DNA from: Octopus sinensis
Lineage: Eukaryota
DNA length: 57,144 bases
Reading direction: 5' to 3'
Assembly (NCBI RefSeq): GCF_006345805.1
Contig: NW_021833639.1
Coordinates: 1 to 57,144 of the forward strand
Made by a program: the position numbers and the translations under genes. This document shows positions 24,735 to 38,600 of the stretch, one piece after another. The notes below the pieces were generated by a model. The model was not told where the DNA came from. It was given only the letters and a program-made list of their open reading frames with translations, and ran no database searches. Numbering within the stretch: the first letter of the stretch is position 1; each line of letters opens with the position of its first letter.

Positions 24735-25331
24735 GATGCTGAAATTGAAGTTGAAGATTTTGATAAAATCAGTTGTAAATTTCATCTGTATTTGGAGAAA
24801 TGTAGTGTGTTCAGTTTGACTGTCACTTTAAAAGTGTACTCTGTTTGTATGAGAGTGTGTGTGTGTGAAAATATTTGTGGTAAGAAACTATTACATTAAA
24901 GTACAATGGTTTAGTATGTTCACTGTTTGAACTGACATCTCACAAACTATTTCCTTGCTGCTTAGTCTACTTTGATAATACTGGTATCTAGACATATGGT
25001 ACTGTGATCTGTTGGAATGGACAATTAGGACTGGATTGTGCTTATTTAGTTGTTACTGGGTGCACATTTTATTAGACAAGCTTGCACACAGCGACACACA
25101 CACACACTCTCTTGCACACACTTATGCACACACATGCAGGAAGTCATATATCTACTCTCATTCACACAAGCACAATGCATTTACACACAGGCATGCGCAC
25201 ACACACACACTGAGTAAACTTTTGGTTCTATCAGATCCTGATATCTAATGGCCTCCTTTTAGTATTAGCAGTATGATACACTGTGGCCACCACCACTGCT
25301 ATAGTCCCTGCTAAATACTTTTCAACAATGT

Positions 25332-25676
25332 GAAGGCGCATGGCTCAGTGGTTAGAGCATCGAGCTTACGATCGTGAGGTTGTGAGCTCGAATCCCGGAC
25401 CGGGCTGCGTGTTGTGTTCTTGAGCAAGGCACTTTATTTTTCACGTTGCTCCAGTTCACTCAGCTGTAGAAATGAGTTGCGACGTCACAGGTGCCAAGCT
25501 GTATCGACCTTTGTCTTTCCCTTGGATAACACTGGTGGCGTGGAGAGGGAAGGCTGGTATGCATGGGCGACTGCTGGCCTTCCATAACCAACCTTGCCCA
25601 GACTTGTGCCTCAGAGGGTAACTCTCTAGGTGCAAACCCATGGTCACTCATGACCGAAGGGGGTCTTTACCCTTTT
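25332..25676 (+). mobile_element. tRNA-derived SINE (second family)
   Basis: tRNA-like head ggcgcatggctcagtggttagagc...gctcgaatcccgg followed by a cttgagcaaggcacttt...cagctgtagaaatg central domain. Confidence 0.88.
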
Positions 25677-25677
25677 A

Positions 25678-27343
25678 CGATGAAAGAAGTCACCCCCACC
25701 TGGTGGACGCCCGGGAGGAGGTTTTGAATGAGAAACCTGCCCGGGAAGTGAACCCAGGTGCAAGTTCTCCAACCGGCAGCAAGGGCCATGGAGACGGAGA
25801 ACCCGGTGAAGAGGTAGAGGGAGGAAGAAGAACTAAAAGAAGGACTGGAAGAGCTAAAGGAAAAGAAAAAGCTCAAGCAGGACCAAAGTGTGAAACAACC
25901 AGAAATAGAAGTGAAACCGCAAAGGATGGAACCAAACAGCGCACACGGGTGTGTATGTTCTACCTGAGAGGTTCCTGCTGGCATGGAAAGGAAGGTGCAG
26001 GCTGCCGCTTTGCACATCGGGGACCCTGCCACAGAGACACGAGGCAGATGGACAAACCATCAACACAAAGAAAAGGGATGGACCACGCACCACCTGCCCC
26101 AAAACGGAGGTACGCAGATGTTGTGCGCTCCACAAACAGCCAACATGATGTCGAAAGAGCAGCTGCTGAGCAACAATCTTTTTTGTGCATGGCACAAAAG
26201 ATTGTACAGCAGCTGACCTGGCTTCATCAACCCAAGCCCGCAGGTGGGACTACCCACTATATACCAGACCACCACAGCAAACAGACACAGGATGGACACC
26301 GCCGGCAACAACGTACACCTCACCTCGATACTCCTACTGAACATCAAGGACTGCAAACACTCAGTAACAGGACAAAGATCCCATTCCTGAGAGACTTTGT
26401 TGCATGCAATCAAGCCTTATGCATAGCACTTACAGAAACGCACCTGAAACCGGACATAGCAGATGCGGAGTTACACATACCACAGTATGCTGTACTACGG
26501 ACCGACAGGAAAGAAAGGAGTCATGGAGGTGTTGCTATGTACATCCGTGAGGACCTCACACCCCAGGTCCTCTTGTCATACTCAAACTCGGTGTGTGACA
26601 CACTAATTGTACATATTAGGCAACTTGATGTAGTTGTGTGTGCTACATATCGCCCTCCAGATGCCCCAAGCCATGTGGGCAAGTTTGAAGACTGCCTTAT
26701 AAAAATAGAAGAAATTCTAACCACATTAGAGCAACACATAGGTGTGCTTCTTATGGGAGACTTCAATCTGCCCAATGTCAGATGGCCCGAGGGCCTTTCT
26801 CTCCCAGGAATGACAAGATGTGAACGAGGACAGACGAAGTCCCTCCTGAACCTCATCAACACCCTGTACATGGAGCAGGTAATACTCCAACCAACCAGGG
26901 CAGGTAACACACTGGATCTCTGCTTCACAAATGACATGGATCTCATCCATAATGTGAAAGTGACACCGACACTACTCTCGGATCACAACATGATAGAGCT
27001 GACCATGTACGGGCCAAAAGAGAGCACGGACATGCAGCCTACAAGAAACCCTCAAAATCTTTCCAGCTTGAACTACCATAAGGCAAACTGGAAACAAATT
27101 GAGAAAGAGATCCTCAAACAAAACTGGCCTAAATGTCTCTCCTCGCCAGACATCGACGTGAAACTTCAACAATTCATGTCTGTAATGCAAGCCATATGCT
27201 ACAAATGTGTCCCAGAGAGAAAGGCCACTGTACACAAGAACAAAATCCCCAGAGAGAGGAAAATTTTAATGAGACGGCGTACGAAATTTTCAAATCGCCT
27301 AAACAAACAGATTGAAAGCAGTGAAAAGTCCCGCCTAAAATAA
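25678..27343 (+). pseudogene. LINE ORF1 (CCCH finger) plus APE endonuclease, joined by frameshifts
   Basis: CMFYLRGSCWHGKEGAGCRFAH; TETHLK, YRPP, GDFNLP, LDLCF, SDHN. Confidence 0.85.
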
Positions 27344-27348
27344 AACTG

Positions 27349-29286
27349 TTGGAAATCGAAAAATGTCTGCAACTCTCCCATGAAAAAGAAAGAGCAGACA
27401 AAGAAGCCTGGGCTATAGAAAACATAAAATCTAACCCCAGAGCTTTCTACAGGTATGCCAAAGAAACAGCTACAGTGCACTGTAGAATAGGGCCACTCCT
27501 CGAAAAGGATGGCACACTTACAGGAAAACCAATGAGGGTAAGTGAAATACTGAATGAGCAATTCAAGAGTGTTTTCACTCGACCCCTTGGGCATCTCCAA
27601 ATCACCAATCCAACTGACTTTTTTACCACTGCAGATATAAAATCAGAGGCGGCGACGATAGATTACATCGATATAAAGGAAGACGATGTAACCAAGGCTA
27701 TAGATGAAATGAAAACAGACTCAGCTACTGGCCCCGATGGATTCCCGGCAATCCTCCTAAAAGCATGTAAGAGAGTCCTAGCAAGACCACTGCAGTTCCT
27801 CTTTCAGAGCTTCCTTGCAGCTGGCAAACTTCCAGGAAAACTGAAGGAAGGTAAAATATGCCCCATTCATAAAGGAGGTAGCAGAGCGGAAGCCAAGAAC
27901 TATAGACCTATCTCTCTGACCTCACACATCAGCAAGGTCATGGAACGAATAGTCAGAAGGAAGCTGATCACCTTCCTTGAAGAGAATGACTTGCTGCCCG
28001 ACACCCAACATGGTTTCCGACCAGGGAGAAGCTGTTTAACTCAGCTCCTACAACACTATGACTGGGTGCTGAAACGGCTGCTCAACCACTCAAATGTGGA
28101 AGTGATATATCTCGACTTTGCAAAGGCCTTTGATAAAGTCGATCATGGAATGATATGTCACAAACTGCGTGATCTCAACATAGTTGGAAAACTGGGAGAA
28201 TGGCTTCATGACTTTCTGAAGGATAGAAGTCAGGTGGTAGTAGCCAATGGGGCCACCTCCATTAACACACAAATAGTGAGCGGTGTTCCGCAGGGCACTG
28301 TTCTGGGACCACTACTGTTCATAATGGCCCTCTCAGACATGCCCTCAGCCACGCAGAGAGCCACGATCACAAGTTATGCAGATGATACAAAAGTTTCACA
28401 GGCAATACAGAACCCTGAGGACACTAAACACCTGCAATGTGAGCTGGACGAAATATACAAGTGGGCTGAAAAGAATAGCATGCAGTTCAATGCTGGAAAG
28501 TTTCAAGCTTTATACTATCAGCATGCAAAACTGAATGCAATACCCAATGAATACACTGGACCCGGAGGGATTGCAATCCCAGAGGCACAATCAGTGCGTG
28601 ACCTGGGTATTCACATGAGTGATGACGCGACCTTTCATGTACATGTTGCTAAACTGACAATGAAATGTAGACGGCTGGCTGGATGGATTCTCAGAACCTT
28701 TAGAACAAGAGAACAAAAAACCATGATGGTCCTCTGGAAGACACTTGTCCTAAGCCACTTTGACTATTGCTCTCAGCTATGGTCACCATCCAGTGTCAAG
28801 TTGATCACAGAACTTGAGGCGATCCAACGAAGCTACACAAAGAAGATAGCCTCTATGCAGAATGTAAGCTACTGGGAAAGACTCAAGAGATTAAAATTAT
28901 ATTCCCTGGAGCGTAGGCGGGAAAGATATGCCATAATATACATCTGGAAGATCCTGGAGGGAAGTGTCCTGAACTTTGGCATCGAGAGTTACGCAAACGC
29001 CAGAACTGGGCGCCACTGCGTGGTGCCTAGGACTCCAAACTTGCCATCAAGATGTAGGACAAGATTCTGTGATAGCCTGGGCTTCCGAGGCCCACAGCTC
29101 TTCAATATCCTCCCGATGAAACTGAGAGACCTGCATGGGGTGGATACAGATGTCTTTAAAATGGAGCTGGATCTCTTCCTGTCAGGTGTCCCAGATGAAC
29201 CAACCTCACGGCAGGAGGGACAGATGAGGGCAGCTGCATCGAACTCTCTCATGCACCAAATAGCAGTTGCTAGAAAGCCTCCATGA
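27349..29286 (+). pseudogene. LINE reverse transcriptase (645 aa uninterrupted), separated from the APE by a 1-bp deletion
   Basis: NYRPISLTS, QHGFRPGRSC, DFAKAFD, VPQGTVLGP, YADD; copy A reads cctgaaaata where copy B reads cctaaaata. Confidence 0.92.
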
Positions 29287-30228
29287 AGTGAAACCAAGTA
29301 GCAACACCAAATGGCGGTGCCCCAGCATGGCCACAGCTCATAAGCTGAAACTGGAATGAATCAATGAATCAATACTGTCAAAAAGCTGAAAGAAAAATTA
29401 AATGTTTGTCATCATAAATTAATAATTTTATGATGTGCTGTAATATATTTTTATGTTAAAAAACGTTATAGAAAATTGATTTGATATCTATCTATATAGT
29501 GTTGCCACTAGGGCTTGTGGTGCTCAATGTGGTAATTTATAGTGATACCCTCACTGTGAACTTCTCTTACAGCATCCTTCATCATCATCATCATTGTTCG
29601 ACCTTAGAGAAGTTGTATTTTTTGTACCAATGCTATGTGTAAATATTAATTGTTATACACCACTAGCAGTGAGATAAACATTTGACTACCATCTACATGA
29701 TCTCAATGATTTCTCTAGTTTCATGTGGCTCAATAGGAAAAAACAATAGAATTTTAATAACTTTTAAGAATTACATGAAAAACTTGTTGATTTCTAGTGT
29801 TTCAAATATGAAAAATTATTGGATTATGTGTAACAGTCAGTTTGTAGTGTTACCACTTTTTCCATAGTACCATTTGTTGGTTGTGGTCCACCCTTCTTGA
29901 GATACCAGTAACTCAATATTTTTTGATTTAATGGCATCAATAGACATGCCATCTCTTCTATTAGCCCATGAAATTGAGGGTTTTCTCTGTCTGTGTGTGT
30001 GTGTGGTGTGTGTGTGTGTGTGTGTGTGCATGCATGCATGCTTACAAGAAAAGAAGTGTTAGATTAAAATAGCCATATGTGTCTTGCACTTTGAAAATTA
30101 TATCACAAAAAGGCAAATGAACTGCTGTATTCATCCAGAGATAATCTCTTTTGGGTATACACTGTATTGAAAAACACAAACATATCAGTAGCAGATGAGA
30201 ACTGTCCAGTAGTTGCAGAAAGAGTGTT

Positions 30229-30813
30229 CTCATAAGGAGGCGAGTGTAAGTTCCATCCAACCACCTCTCAAGCTTCTTTGAGAATGTCCAGGTTTCTGAG
30301 CCATATAGTAGAATTGGTTTGACTGTGGCTTTGAAGATTTTTAAGTTTGAAATCTCTACTTAGATTTGATGACCAGATCTTATGCATATCATTACAGGCT
30401 GGCCAGGCCATACCCTTTGTAGTTAGAAAATCTTTTTCAGATGATGATATGTATGACCCAAGATATTTGTAATCAGAAACCATATTTATGAGATCTCAAA
30501 ATCTCTCGTGGAAGCGTCATCCAACCAAAGTACAAATATATGGGAAACTACCACCTGTATCATCTCTTGTGAAAGGTAGAAGAGTCCAGTTTGCTGGACA
30601 TTGTTGTAGAGTTGAAAACGAGGTAATTTCTACCCTTCTCCTCTGGAAGCCATCTGTTCGCGATACCAGAGGACGCACACTCTCCTACCCTGATGTAATC
30701 TCCAGGGATACAGACATCCAGCAACAGGACCTCCGTAATGCTATGATGGACCGTGAAGTCTGGCGTAACATAGTAAATTCCATTGTCTCGACCACGGTCG
30801 AACAATGATGATG
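30229..30813 (+). mobile_element. RTE-clade LINE 3' fragment with inverted 5' segment and 9-bp TSD
   Basis: Minus 30485->30229 encodes YKYLGS...DGTYTRLLMR; plus 30486->30808 continues MRSQNLSW...DREVWR; (GAT)n tail; aagagtgtt at 30220-30228 and 30814-30822. Confidence 0.88.
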
Positions 30814-31599
30814 AAGAGTGTTAGATGCACATTTCTGCCTCTTTGAGATTTGTCAGTAGTATGTACTCAATGGCAACTGCATACTAAGACAAAATTCATC
30901 CTTGATAGTACAGAGAAAGTGTTTCAAAAACCACTGGTGTTGCAATTAGCTGCCTTGTTGAATAAAATTCTATTATGGCTGAATAAAAATCCAGAAGCAG
31001 TATTAGATTAGAGTAACCAAAAGTAGCAGAAATGCAGGTTTAGCATTTTCACTGCCACTGCTGGATAATTTTTATCTGTTACTGATATATTTGTATCTGT
31101 AAAAACAGTGCATCCATAAGCAATATTATCTCCAGACAGTTAATTTGCAATAAGTATGATACACAGCTGGCTATTTTAATCAAATACTACTTTCTTGATC
31201 CTATGATCAAGTGTGGTCCAACTGTGACCATCTCCAGTTTAATTTGTCTGAAAACCCACAGATATTCAAAGAATTGAAGAAGACTGCCTACCTTTCCTTG
31301 CATAAAGTACTTACACTTCAGCTGTTGTGTAGACATATTAATTACTGTGTAAATATCAGCTAGCTAGATAGGTAGCTGGAAGAAAGTCTTTCTTTCATTT
31401 TTCTCTTATAAAAAGAATTCTCAATACAGCTTAGTTTTTGCATGAATTAACTGAAGACGAGAAATATTGGTTTTGAGCATTGATTTTGCCACCACCCATA
31501 TTTAACATTCAGTGCATTCATCTCTCACCCCTTATCTAACTGTCTGTCGCTCTCCTTTCGCACTCTTATGAACCTACCCATACAGCCATCTTCAATTCT

Positions 31600-32040
31600 C
31601 TGTCCCTATTCTCTCTTTATCCACTTTCTTGTAATTTGAGAGTATGTCTTGACACCTTGTCTCCATTCTTTCTCACTTTCCTGCTGAGGCAGCCTTGTAT
31701 CTCATCTACAGCAAGATACCTGTTCTTGTCCTGTCATACTTCAGCCTCTCATGGCCTGGCGCCAAGTTACTTCTCTCAAAACTACACTCTTATCCTGTCG
31801 AGGGGTCTTGTTTTGTAATGTATTTGGTGACGTCACTAGTACTGTTGCTATAAAAAAAGAATTCAGTACATTCTGTAAAGTACTTGGCATTAGGAAAGGC
31901 ATCTAGCTGTAGAAACCATGCCAAAGTAAACGTTGGAGTTCATTGCAGTCCTCTGGGTTGTTGGATCCTGTCAATCTCTCTCTTGCCAGTATGGGGTATG
32001 AATGGTAGATAGCAACAACAATGATGATGATGATGATGGG
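31600..32040 (+). mobile_element. RTE-tailed SINE-like element
   Basis: ttggcattaggaaaggcatctagctgtagaaacc...gatgatgatg 3' end. Confidence 0.7.
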
Positions 32041-33269
32041 CAGAAATTTTAGTTGGGTGGTGGTAGTAGGGAAGGAGGGCTATCGTGAATTAAATCAACT
32101 GTAGAAAAAATGAAAGACAAAGTTGACCTGAATGAACATGGATCTCAGAAATTGAAGGGGCACAAATACTATGTTGCTCTATGAATTCTTCCATAGGAAA
32201 GTAAAAAAAAAGAAACTGTATATCATCAGTGAAGTAGCAAGTGAAAATAAAGGATGAACATTTAGAGCAAAGTATTTTAATTTGATCTCTTTGTTATTTT
32301 TAATTACAATCTGAGTAAGAAAAATGAGAGTTGAGAACTAACCAACTTGCTGACTGTAATATTGTACCAAGGCTTATTGTAGACAAAGACAGAGTAACAT
32401 ACTAAACATAAACACTCCCATATAATCATAGTTGCATACAAAGAATAACCAGTAGGCGGTTGGGTGGGTCTATGAACAGCATTTGGGTAAAATAGAAAAC
32501 AGCATTTCTTCACAAAAAGCTTTTGTTAAAAAGTCCTACACATTTTCTATTTGTTGAATAGTCTTGTTTACTAAATATTATTTTAATGTAGTAAATTAGT
32601 AGTGTACAAAATAGAAATAGTGTTCTTTATTAACATAAATTAACATTCTGTTGAACTAAATTTATAGTAATGCTTTCACCAAAGGTGGTGATTGATGGCT
32701 CAATTAACAATTGTAACCACTGTAGCCTTCCTCAGTTAATATCCCAACAAACAGTTACTATAGCAAGATGAAACCTTCCCACTCCAAAATGGTTTTCAAA
32801 TCTTTTTTTACCATATTTTCTCATACATGGGGTAGAATTTTGTGTTTCTATTAAAACTTTGTATTTCTGCCTTTCTCATAAAACAGCAAACAGTGAACTC
32901 ATAAAAACAATGAAAATCACACTCATAAGAATGGTGAATTAGTAGAATCTCTGAATCCCTCCAAGCTATGCTGGAATAGAACTCAGCATTAGAAGCAGTC
33001 AAAACTCTCTACAGTTTTCTAGTGTTGCCACTGTTTGCAACTATAAGTTCTTTTAGTTTTGCAGTATTGTTAGGTGATGTCTATATACAGCTTGGTAAAC
33101 TTAATTAAAGGTTTTATTATGGATCCAGTGTTGGCAGGTTCTCTGACTTCTCTGCAGGTGTCTGCTTCTATTTTGGCTTTATCTCTACATCTCTGGTAGA
33201 GAAGTTCAGGGAAATGAGACAGTTGCCAAAAAGAGTTAGAACTTCAGGAATAAATACATTGAACACTCA

Positions 33270-33690
33270 TCATTGCTTTAATGTCTACTTTTCCATGATG
33301 GTATGGTTCAAATGCAACTTCTTGAGGTTGAATTTTCTTTGGCTGGATGCTCTTCCTGATGTTAATTCTTTGTTTGTTTCCTACCAAGGTAGGATTTCCC
33401 AATGGTCCAGACGTTTTCTTAGAAAATTGAAAATGAACAACACTACTTGCAAGACGTAACACTCATCTACACTCGTATCAAAACAAGGAACTCCTTCCCC
33501 CACACATACATAAGGGACTTCTTTCAGTTTCTATCAATCAGTTCCATTCACAAGGCTTTGGTTGACCTAGAGATATAGTTGAAAACACATGCCCAAGGTG
33601 CCAAGCAATTGATTGAACCTAAAACCATGTGGTTTCAGGTACATTGGTTGTGAAGCAAACTTCTCAACCATGCTTCTATTTGAGAGCAAT
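33270..33690 (-). mobile_element. Decayed RTE-tail fragment plus tRNA-SINE 5' half
   Basis: ggatgctcttcctgatg motif; reverse complement of gccttgtgaatggaactgattgatagaaactgaaagaag segment. Confidence 0.65.
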
Positions 33691-34239
33691 TGGTAGTAAT
33701 CCAGTTTACTTCCAGAAATAATTGTTACAGTAATACTGAAAAGAATTCAGATTCCTACTCTTGATTCTAATGAAGAAGCTACTTTTCTTTCTTTCTTTCT
33801 TTCTTTCTGTGTGTGTGGTATACTCACACATATACACATACATACATACACACACATATACACACATACATACACATTTTGTTGTGTCTAGGGAAAGTTA
33901 TTATGCCAATATTATTAACACATGCACTGGCTCAATTTTTCTCTTTTATTATTAGTCAATTGGTTAAATATTCAATCAATTGATTGTTTAACTTAATTGA
34001 ACAGTAATTTTTTTGTTTTTCGTCAAAACTCTTTTGTTGCTATTTGTAACCTTTTCAGTGACTTTTCTCTTAAGTTGCATTTGTCTGTCTGAGACCTTAT
34101 TGTGTGTGTGTGTGTGTGCATGCCAGTGTGCTTGTGTATTTATTTATTTATGTATGTATGTATGTGTTGTGTATGTATGTATGTGTTCTGGAAAGAATGG
34201 ACTGGACCACTACATGTAAATAGTGGCGGTCTGAGTAAG

Positions 34240-35330
34240 TGAGATAGTTGGGAGGGCAGGTGGCCTCTTGTAAGATGCTCTATCTGCTGCCAACAGCTGC
34301 TAAAGGGTGGGTTAGGGATGCCTTGGCTAAAGATGTACAGGCATGTGCTGAGGTTAAGGCATCTCTGGCTCTACCTTGATGGTGAGTGGGTGTGGTCTCC
34401 ATTTGTTGACAAGCTATTTCCCAGGTTCACATCTTTTAGTGAACAGGAAACTTGGATCAGGCTTACACCAAGGCTGGGAGCTTGGCAAGCAGAGTGTTGA
34501 CAGGTGCTCGTGCTTCTCTCCCAAATGATCAATGCTGGTGGAGGGGCTACCACCATGACTGATAGAAGGTGAGTGTGATGATGGCTTGGGGGAGACTCTG
34601 GGTTTTGATGAAAGTCAGCTTGCCAACCTGCATTGAAGGACTTTCAGCCCGGGACCTATGGACAACTTCCAGAGGTCCCTGGCTTGGCTGTGCTTTCAAA
34701 GTGCCTTGCCAATTTGGGATAAGCTCATGAGGCACGGTGTCACCGTTTCACCTATATGCCCACATTGTGGGCAGAGCAATGAAACTGTTTTGCATGCAAT
34801 TGTACAGTGTCTGTGTCTCTTGGACCTGTGGGTTTCTACCAAACAGATACTGTCACAGCTGGGGAGAGTTCAGCTGTTAGCCAAATCAGTTATTAAGATT
34901 GTTCTGCTGGCTCCTCGAAAAGGAGAAGAGAAGTTTTGCTTTTTAGCCATAATAGCTATAGTAAAAGAGATGATATGCATCAGACACCTTAATCTCCTGG
35001 CATGCTTTAGTGAACCTCTTTTTATATCACCTAAGAGGGAAAGCATGTCTGGAGAGGAAATGCCTGACAGCAAAAAAAAAAAAAAAAGAAAAAAGATGGA
35101 AGCCCAAATGTTGGGTATGTAAGGGCCAAATTAAGCGGGGTTAAAAAAAGGACAAAATAAACAGTGTAATGCAGGAATGTGGTTGTGTGTCCATTCAGTT
35201 TTTGTTTTACCTTCCTTTATAATTATATATTTATTCATATCATTCGAAAAGTCCCCAACCTCATTTGTCCCTTGTATTGTCTCCTTTTTGTTTAACCCTT
35301 GTGGTTGTAATAAAATCATTGTGTTCGTGC
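34240..35330 (+). mobile_element. Tx1/L1-clade LINE 3' fragment
   Basis: Colinear with 39320-40180; C-terminal CPHCGQSNETVLHA zinc motif; aataaa near the end. Confidence 0.85.
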
Positions 35331-35639
35331 CACTGTTTTCTCCTGGAAGGCTTGACCCAATGGCTATCAAATATTGCCATGTGCTCGGCAATGGTGGTGA
35401 AGAATTTCGGAAACGGCAGTAAAAAAGTAAATCTGAAGTAAGTGTATGCGTCTTATGTGCTAGAATTTATTTCTAATTGAATTTGTTTTGTGTAAAAATA
35501 CTGTATTTCTGCCATGTTGCAGACAAGCAATACATGCCCCCTTCCTGGAAGGGGGAAGGTAGAATTTCAACATTTAAAAATTTTTTGAGTGTAACATGAA
35601 TAACTTGTGACAAAGAAACGCCAATGGCATGTTGTTTAG

Positions 35640-38600
35640 AACATGATGGTGTGGAATGTAGAATAAAAGAAAGGGATAGACAGAAGAAAGCAAAACAAAA
35701 TGGAAAAGAAGAAAACGTGGAGAGAAATGTAAACTTCGCATTGACTGCTAGACATAAGAATATACTACAAAGAGAGAGTAATAAGTGAAAGTAAGGAATG
35801 CAGTAAGGAAAACTGTGATTTATAAAACAGTGTCAGTGAAAACAAAAAGAATAGAACAGTCGACTAAAGAAGCTGTAGGGAAATGCCTTCACCCCATTTG
35901 GATGGATGTTACCTAAGTAACCATAGGAAAGTTATACAGCATGGTGGAGGTGCATTTTCATACCGAAGAAAAAGCCAGGCAACAGTCAATGAACTTGTTG
36001 AAAACAGCCAAGGTGGCTCTCCTTCCCACATACCTTGATAGATGAACTTCCAAGGTAAAGGTTGGGGGAGTACTACTGGAAATAGATGTTGCTTGGCTTA
36101 TTGATACCATATTAATGGGCTTGGAGGATAAAATAACTATCCTTCAAGCCTACACATACCATAAATAGAACTGAGTAGGACAGGCCTTAGAGTTGATAAC
36201 TCAGGCTGCACCAGAAGACCTAGAAAAAATAATCGATATTATTTTGGTGGGGAAGACAAAATTGAGGGTAAACGTGGAAGGCAGGAAACCCAGGTACTAT
36301 AAATGTGGTCAAAAAGGGCATATTAGTGCTGAATGCAAGCCACCACCAGTGGCAGAAAAAGAAGCCTCCCCACTGAAGAAGAAGCCAGCAGAGGCTGCAC
36401 TGGTGACAGAACCAGCAGCACCTCCACCATGGCTGACAAAACTAGAAACATCTACAACGTCGGTGAAAAACCAACAAAGCACAAAGAAAACAAAGGGTGT
36501 ACCTGTTAAAGACACGACAGAGACAGAAGAATACACAGAGTGGGAGCACATGAGGAGAAAAAGAAAAGGCTCAGACCATGCCCCTACAGAAACATCTGCA
36601 CATTCACAACCCAACCAAACATCCACACAACATTGCAAATACACGCAGGCACTCAAAAGCACACACCAACACAAATACAGCCACAGGATACACAGACCAA
36701 AACCCTCCCACCCCACATGGCCATAATGGCTATTAATAACTAAGACAAAATTTTTTTTAAATCATAGCAAAACAGAAAATGACAAAAACATTCAAACCTC
36801 CAGATAACACAGATACCCCAGAAAACGTAGAAAAAACTTACCAAAGAGACATCGGTCCTTGGGTAAGAAATTTCCCTGAAAATATGTACAGAGAACTAAC
36901 AATCAACCCACCAGCCACTGCTGAAATGGTTGAGGAAGAATCTACTTCCCAGCCGGAACACACTTGATACTAAGCACCAATCATGTACTCACTTGATTTG
37001 GGATGTATAAATGTGCATGGCCTGAAATTGGATTGGAAGCAAGCTTGCCTCCTAAACGATCTCAGGTCGCATTGGTTAGATGTAATAGCTTTTACTGAGA
37101 CTAGACTGAGGGGACTGCAGGACTTAGGACCGCTCCTTAATGACTATGAAAATGTCATTTCTCCATGTCAACCAGGAGATGTGAGGGGAATCATATTTCT
37201 ACTCAGGAAGGGACTCAAACTAGAACAATCTTTGTCAATCCGGAAGGTAGGCTGGCTGTCCTAGATGTGACACTCTGTTGTGGTAAGGCCTTCAGGTTGG
37301 TGGAAGTTTATACCCTGGTGGGTACAGGATAGCCTGACTTCTTCAAGAACCTGGAAAACTTTCTGGGTACGTCACATACGTTAGTGGTGTTCAATGCAAT
37401 CTGCGATACATGTGTAGATTACGCTAGCTCTTGCCTTAGCGACCTGCTCAGACGTTTCCATCTGGCAGATCGATACAGACTAGATCACCTGGATGTTGCC
37501 AAGAAATGATGGGTCATCTAGATCTTACCTAGACATTGTCAGCTATAGCAATCACAAACTGGTGACCTGTAAGCTGGACGTAGATAGTATGACTAGACAG
37601 GGATCTGGCTACTGGAAGCTAAACAAGTCACTACTGACCTGTGAAGCATACAGGAGATGGATTAGACAGTTAGTGATGAGGGCATTGACAGGGACGATTA
37701 TTAATTAACAACAAATGGTGGTATGTCCTCAAAAGAGCCATAAAAAGAGAGTCAATTAGATTTAGTAGAGAGTTAGCTAAGAATAGAAATAGTATAGAAA
37801 GTGATTTAGTTAACACTTTAGAGGAAGCAATGAGATCTCTGCTTCTCGAGTGTTGACCATGACAGTGGCGCTCAGCTAAAGGCTAAACATGAGGGTTGCA
37901 GAGTCAAAGCTAAGATACGTGCCAAGAAGGTATCAACACCACTGGATGGGCTCATGTGGTAGTCTCAATGTGGTAATAATGTCACATTAAGGTCTTTGAT
38001 GAACCAACAGGGGCAAATGGTATCTGAACCCGGGGATATGTGTATGGCCTTACATGAGCATTTCGCCGGCTGTTTCGGAGGTGGGGAAGCGATGGGCCAG
38101 AGTGTAGGGAGGACCTCACAGACTTTCTTGCCAGTCTACTGTGTCTCTCGGGGAGGGAGGTGGAGTGCTGTGAAGAGCTGATCACAGCTGTGGAAGTGGA
38201 GGAGGCATTGTTGGAGTGCGGTGGGAACAAGTTGCCAGGTTGCGATGGTCTCCCCTATCATTTATATTATACTATGCTAGGCTTGTTTGGGCACCTGCTG
38301 GCCTGTGCCTTCAGTAATTAGCAGCGGAACAGGAGTATTCTTGCATCTGTAAGCCAGGGAGTGGTGGTACTGATCAAAAAGGACCCAAACAAGGAGGATG
38401 TAATCAACAACTTTAGGCCCATCATTCTGCTTAACGCAGAACTGAAGATTCTGGCCAAGGTTTTAGCAAAGAGGATGGCAAAAGCTGTGGATAGTATCAT
38501 TGGGGAGGCACAAACCTGCATCATCCCCAGCAGGACCATACATGATAATCTCCACCTTATATGCTATATCTTAGAAAGGGTAAATAGGATTCCTGGCAAG

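Larger units (their letters stand above)
25678..29373 (+). mobile_element. CR1-group LINE, slightly 5'-truncated, young (copy B)
   Basis: Same family as copy A; CCCH ORF1 remnant, APE and RT; 3' hairpin cagctcataagctg plus (GAATCAAT)n tail. Confidence 0.95.

Noticed and set aside
25332-25410. tRNA gene (also the heads at 24318 and 46061)
   Set aside because: The tRNA-like heads run directly into SINE bodies and lack a clean acceptor stem.
25640-27343. 567-aa CCCH-finger/endonuclease fusion protein
   Set aside because: Comparison with copy A indicates two 1-bp deletions in copy B shift ORF1 into the ORF2 frame, and the listed start codon lies in the upstream SINE.
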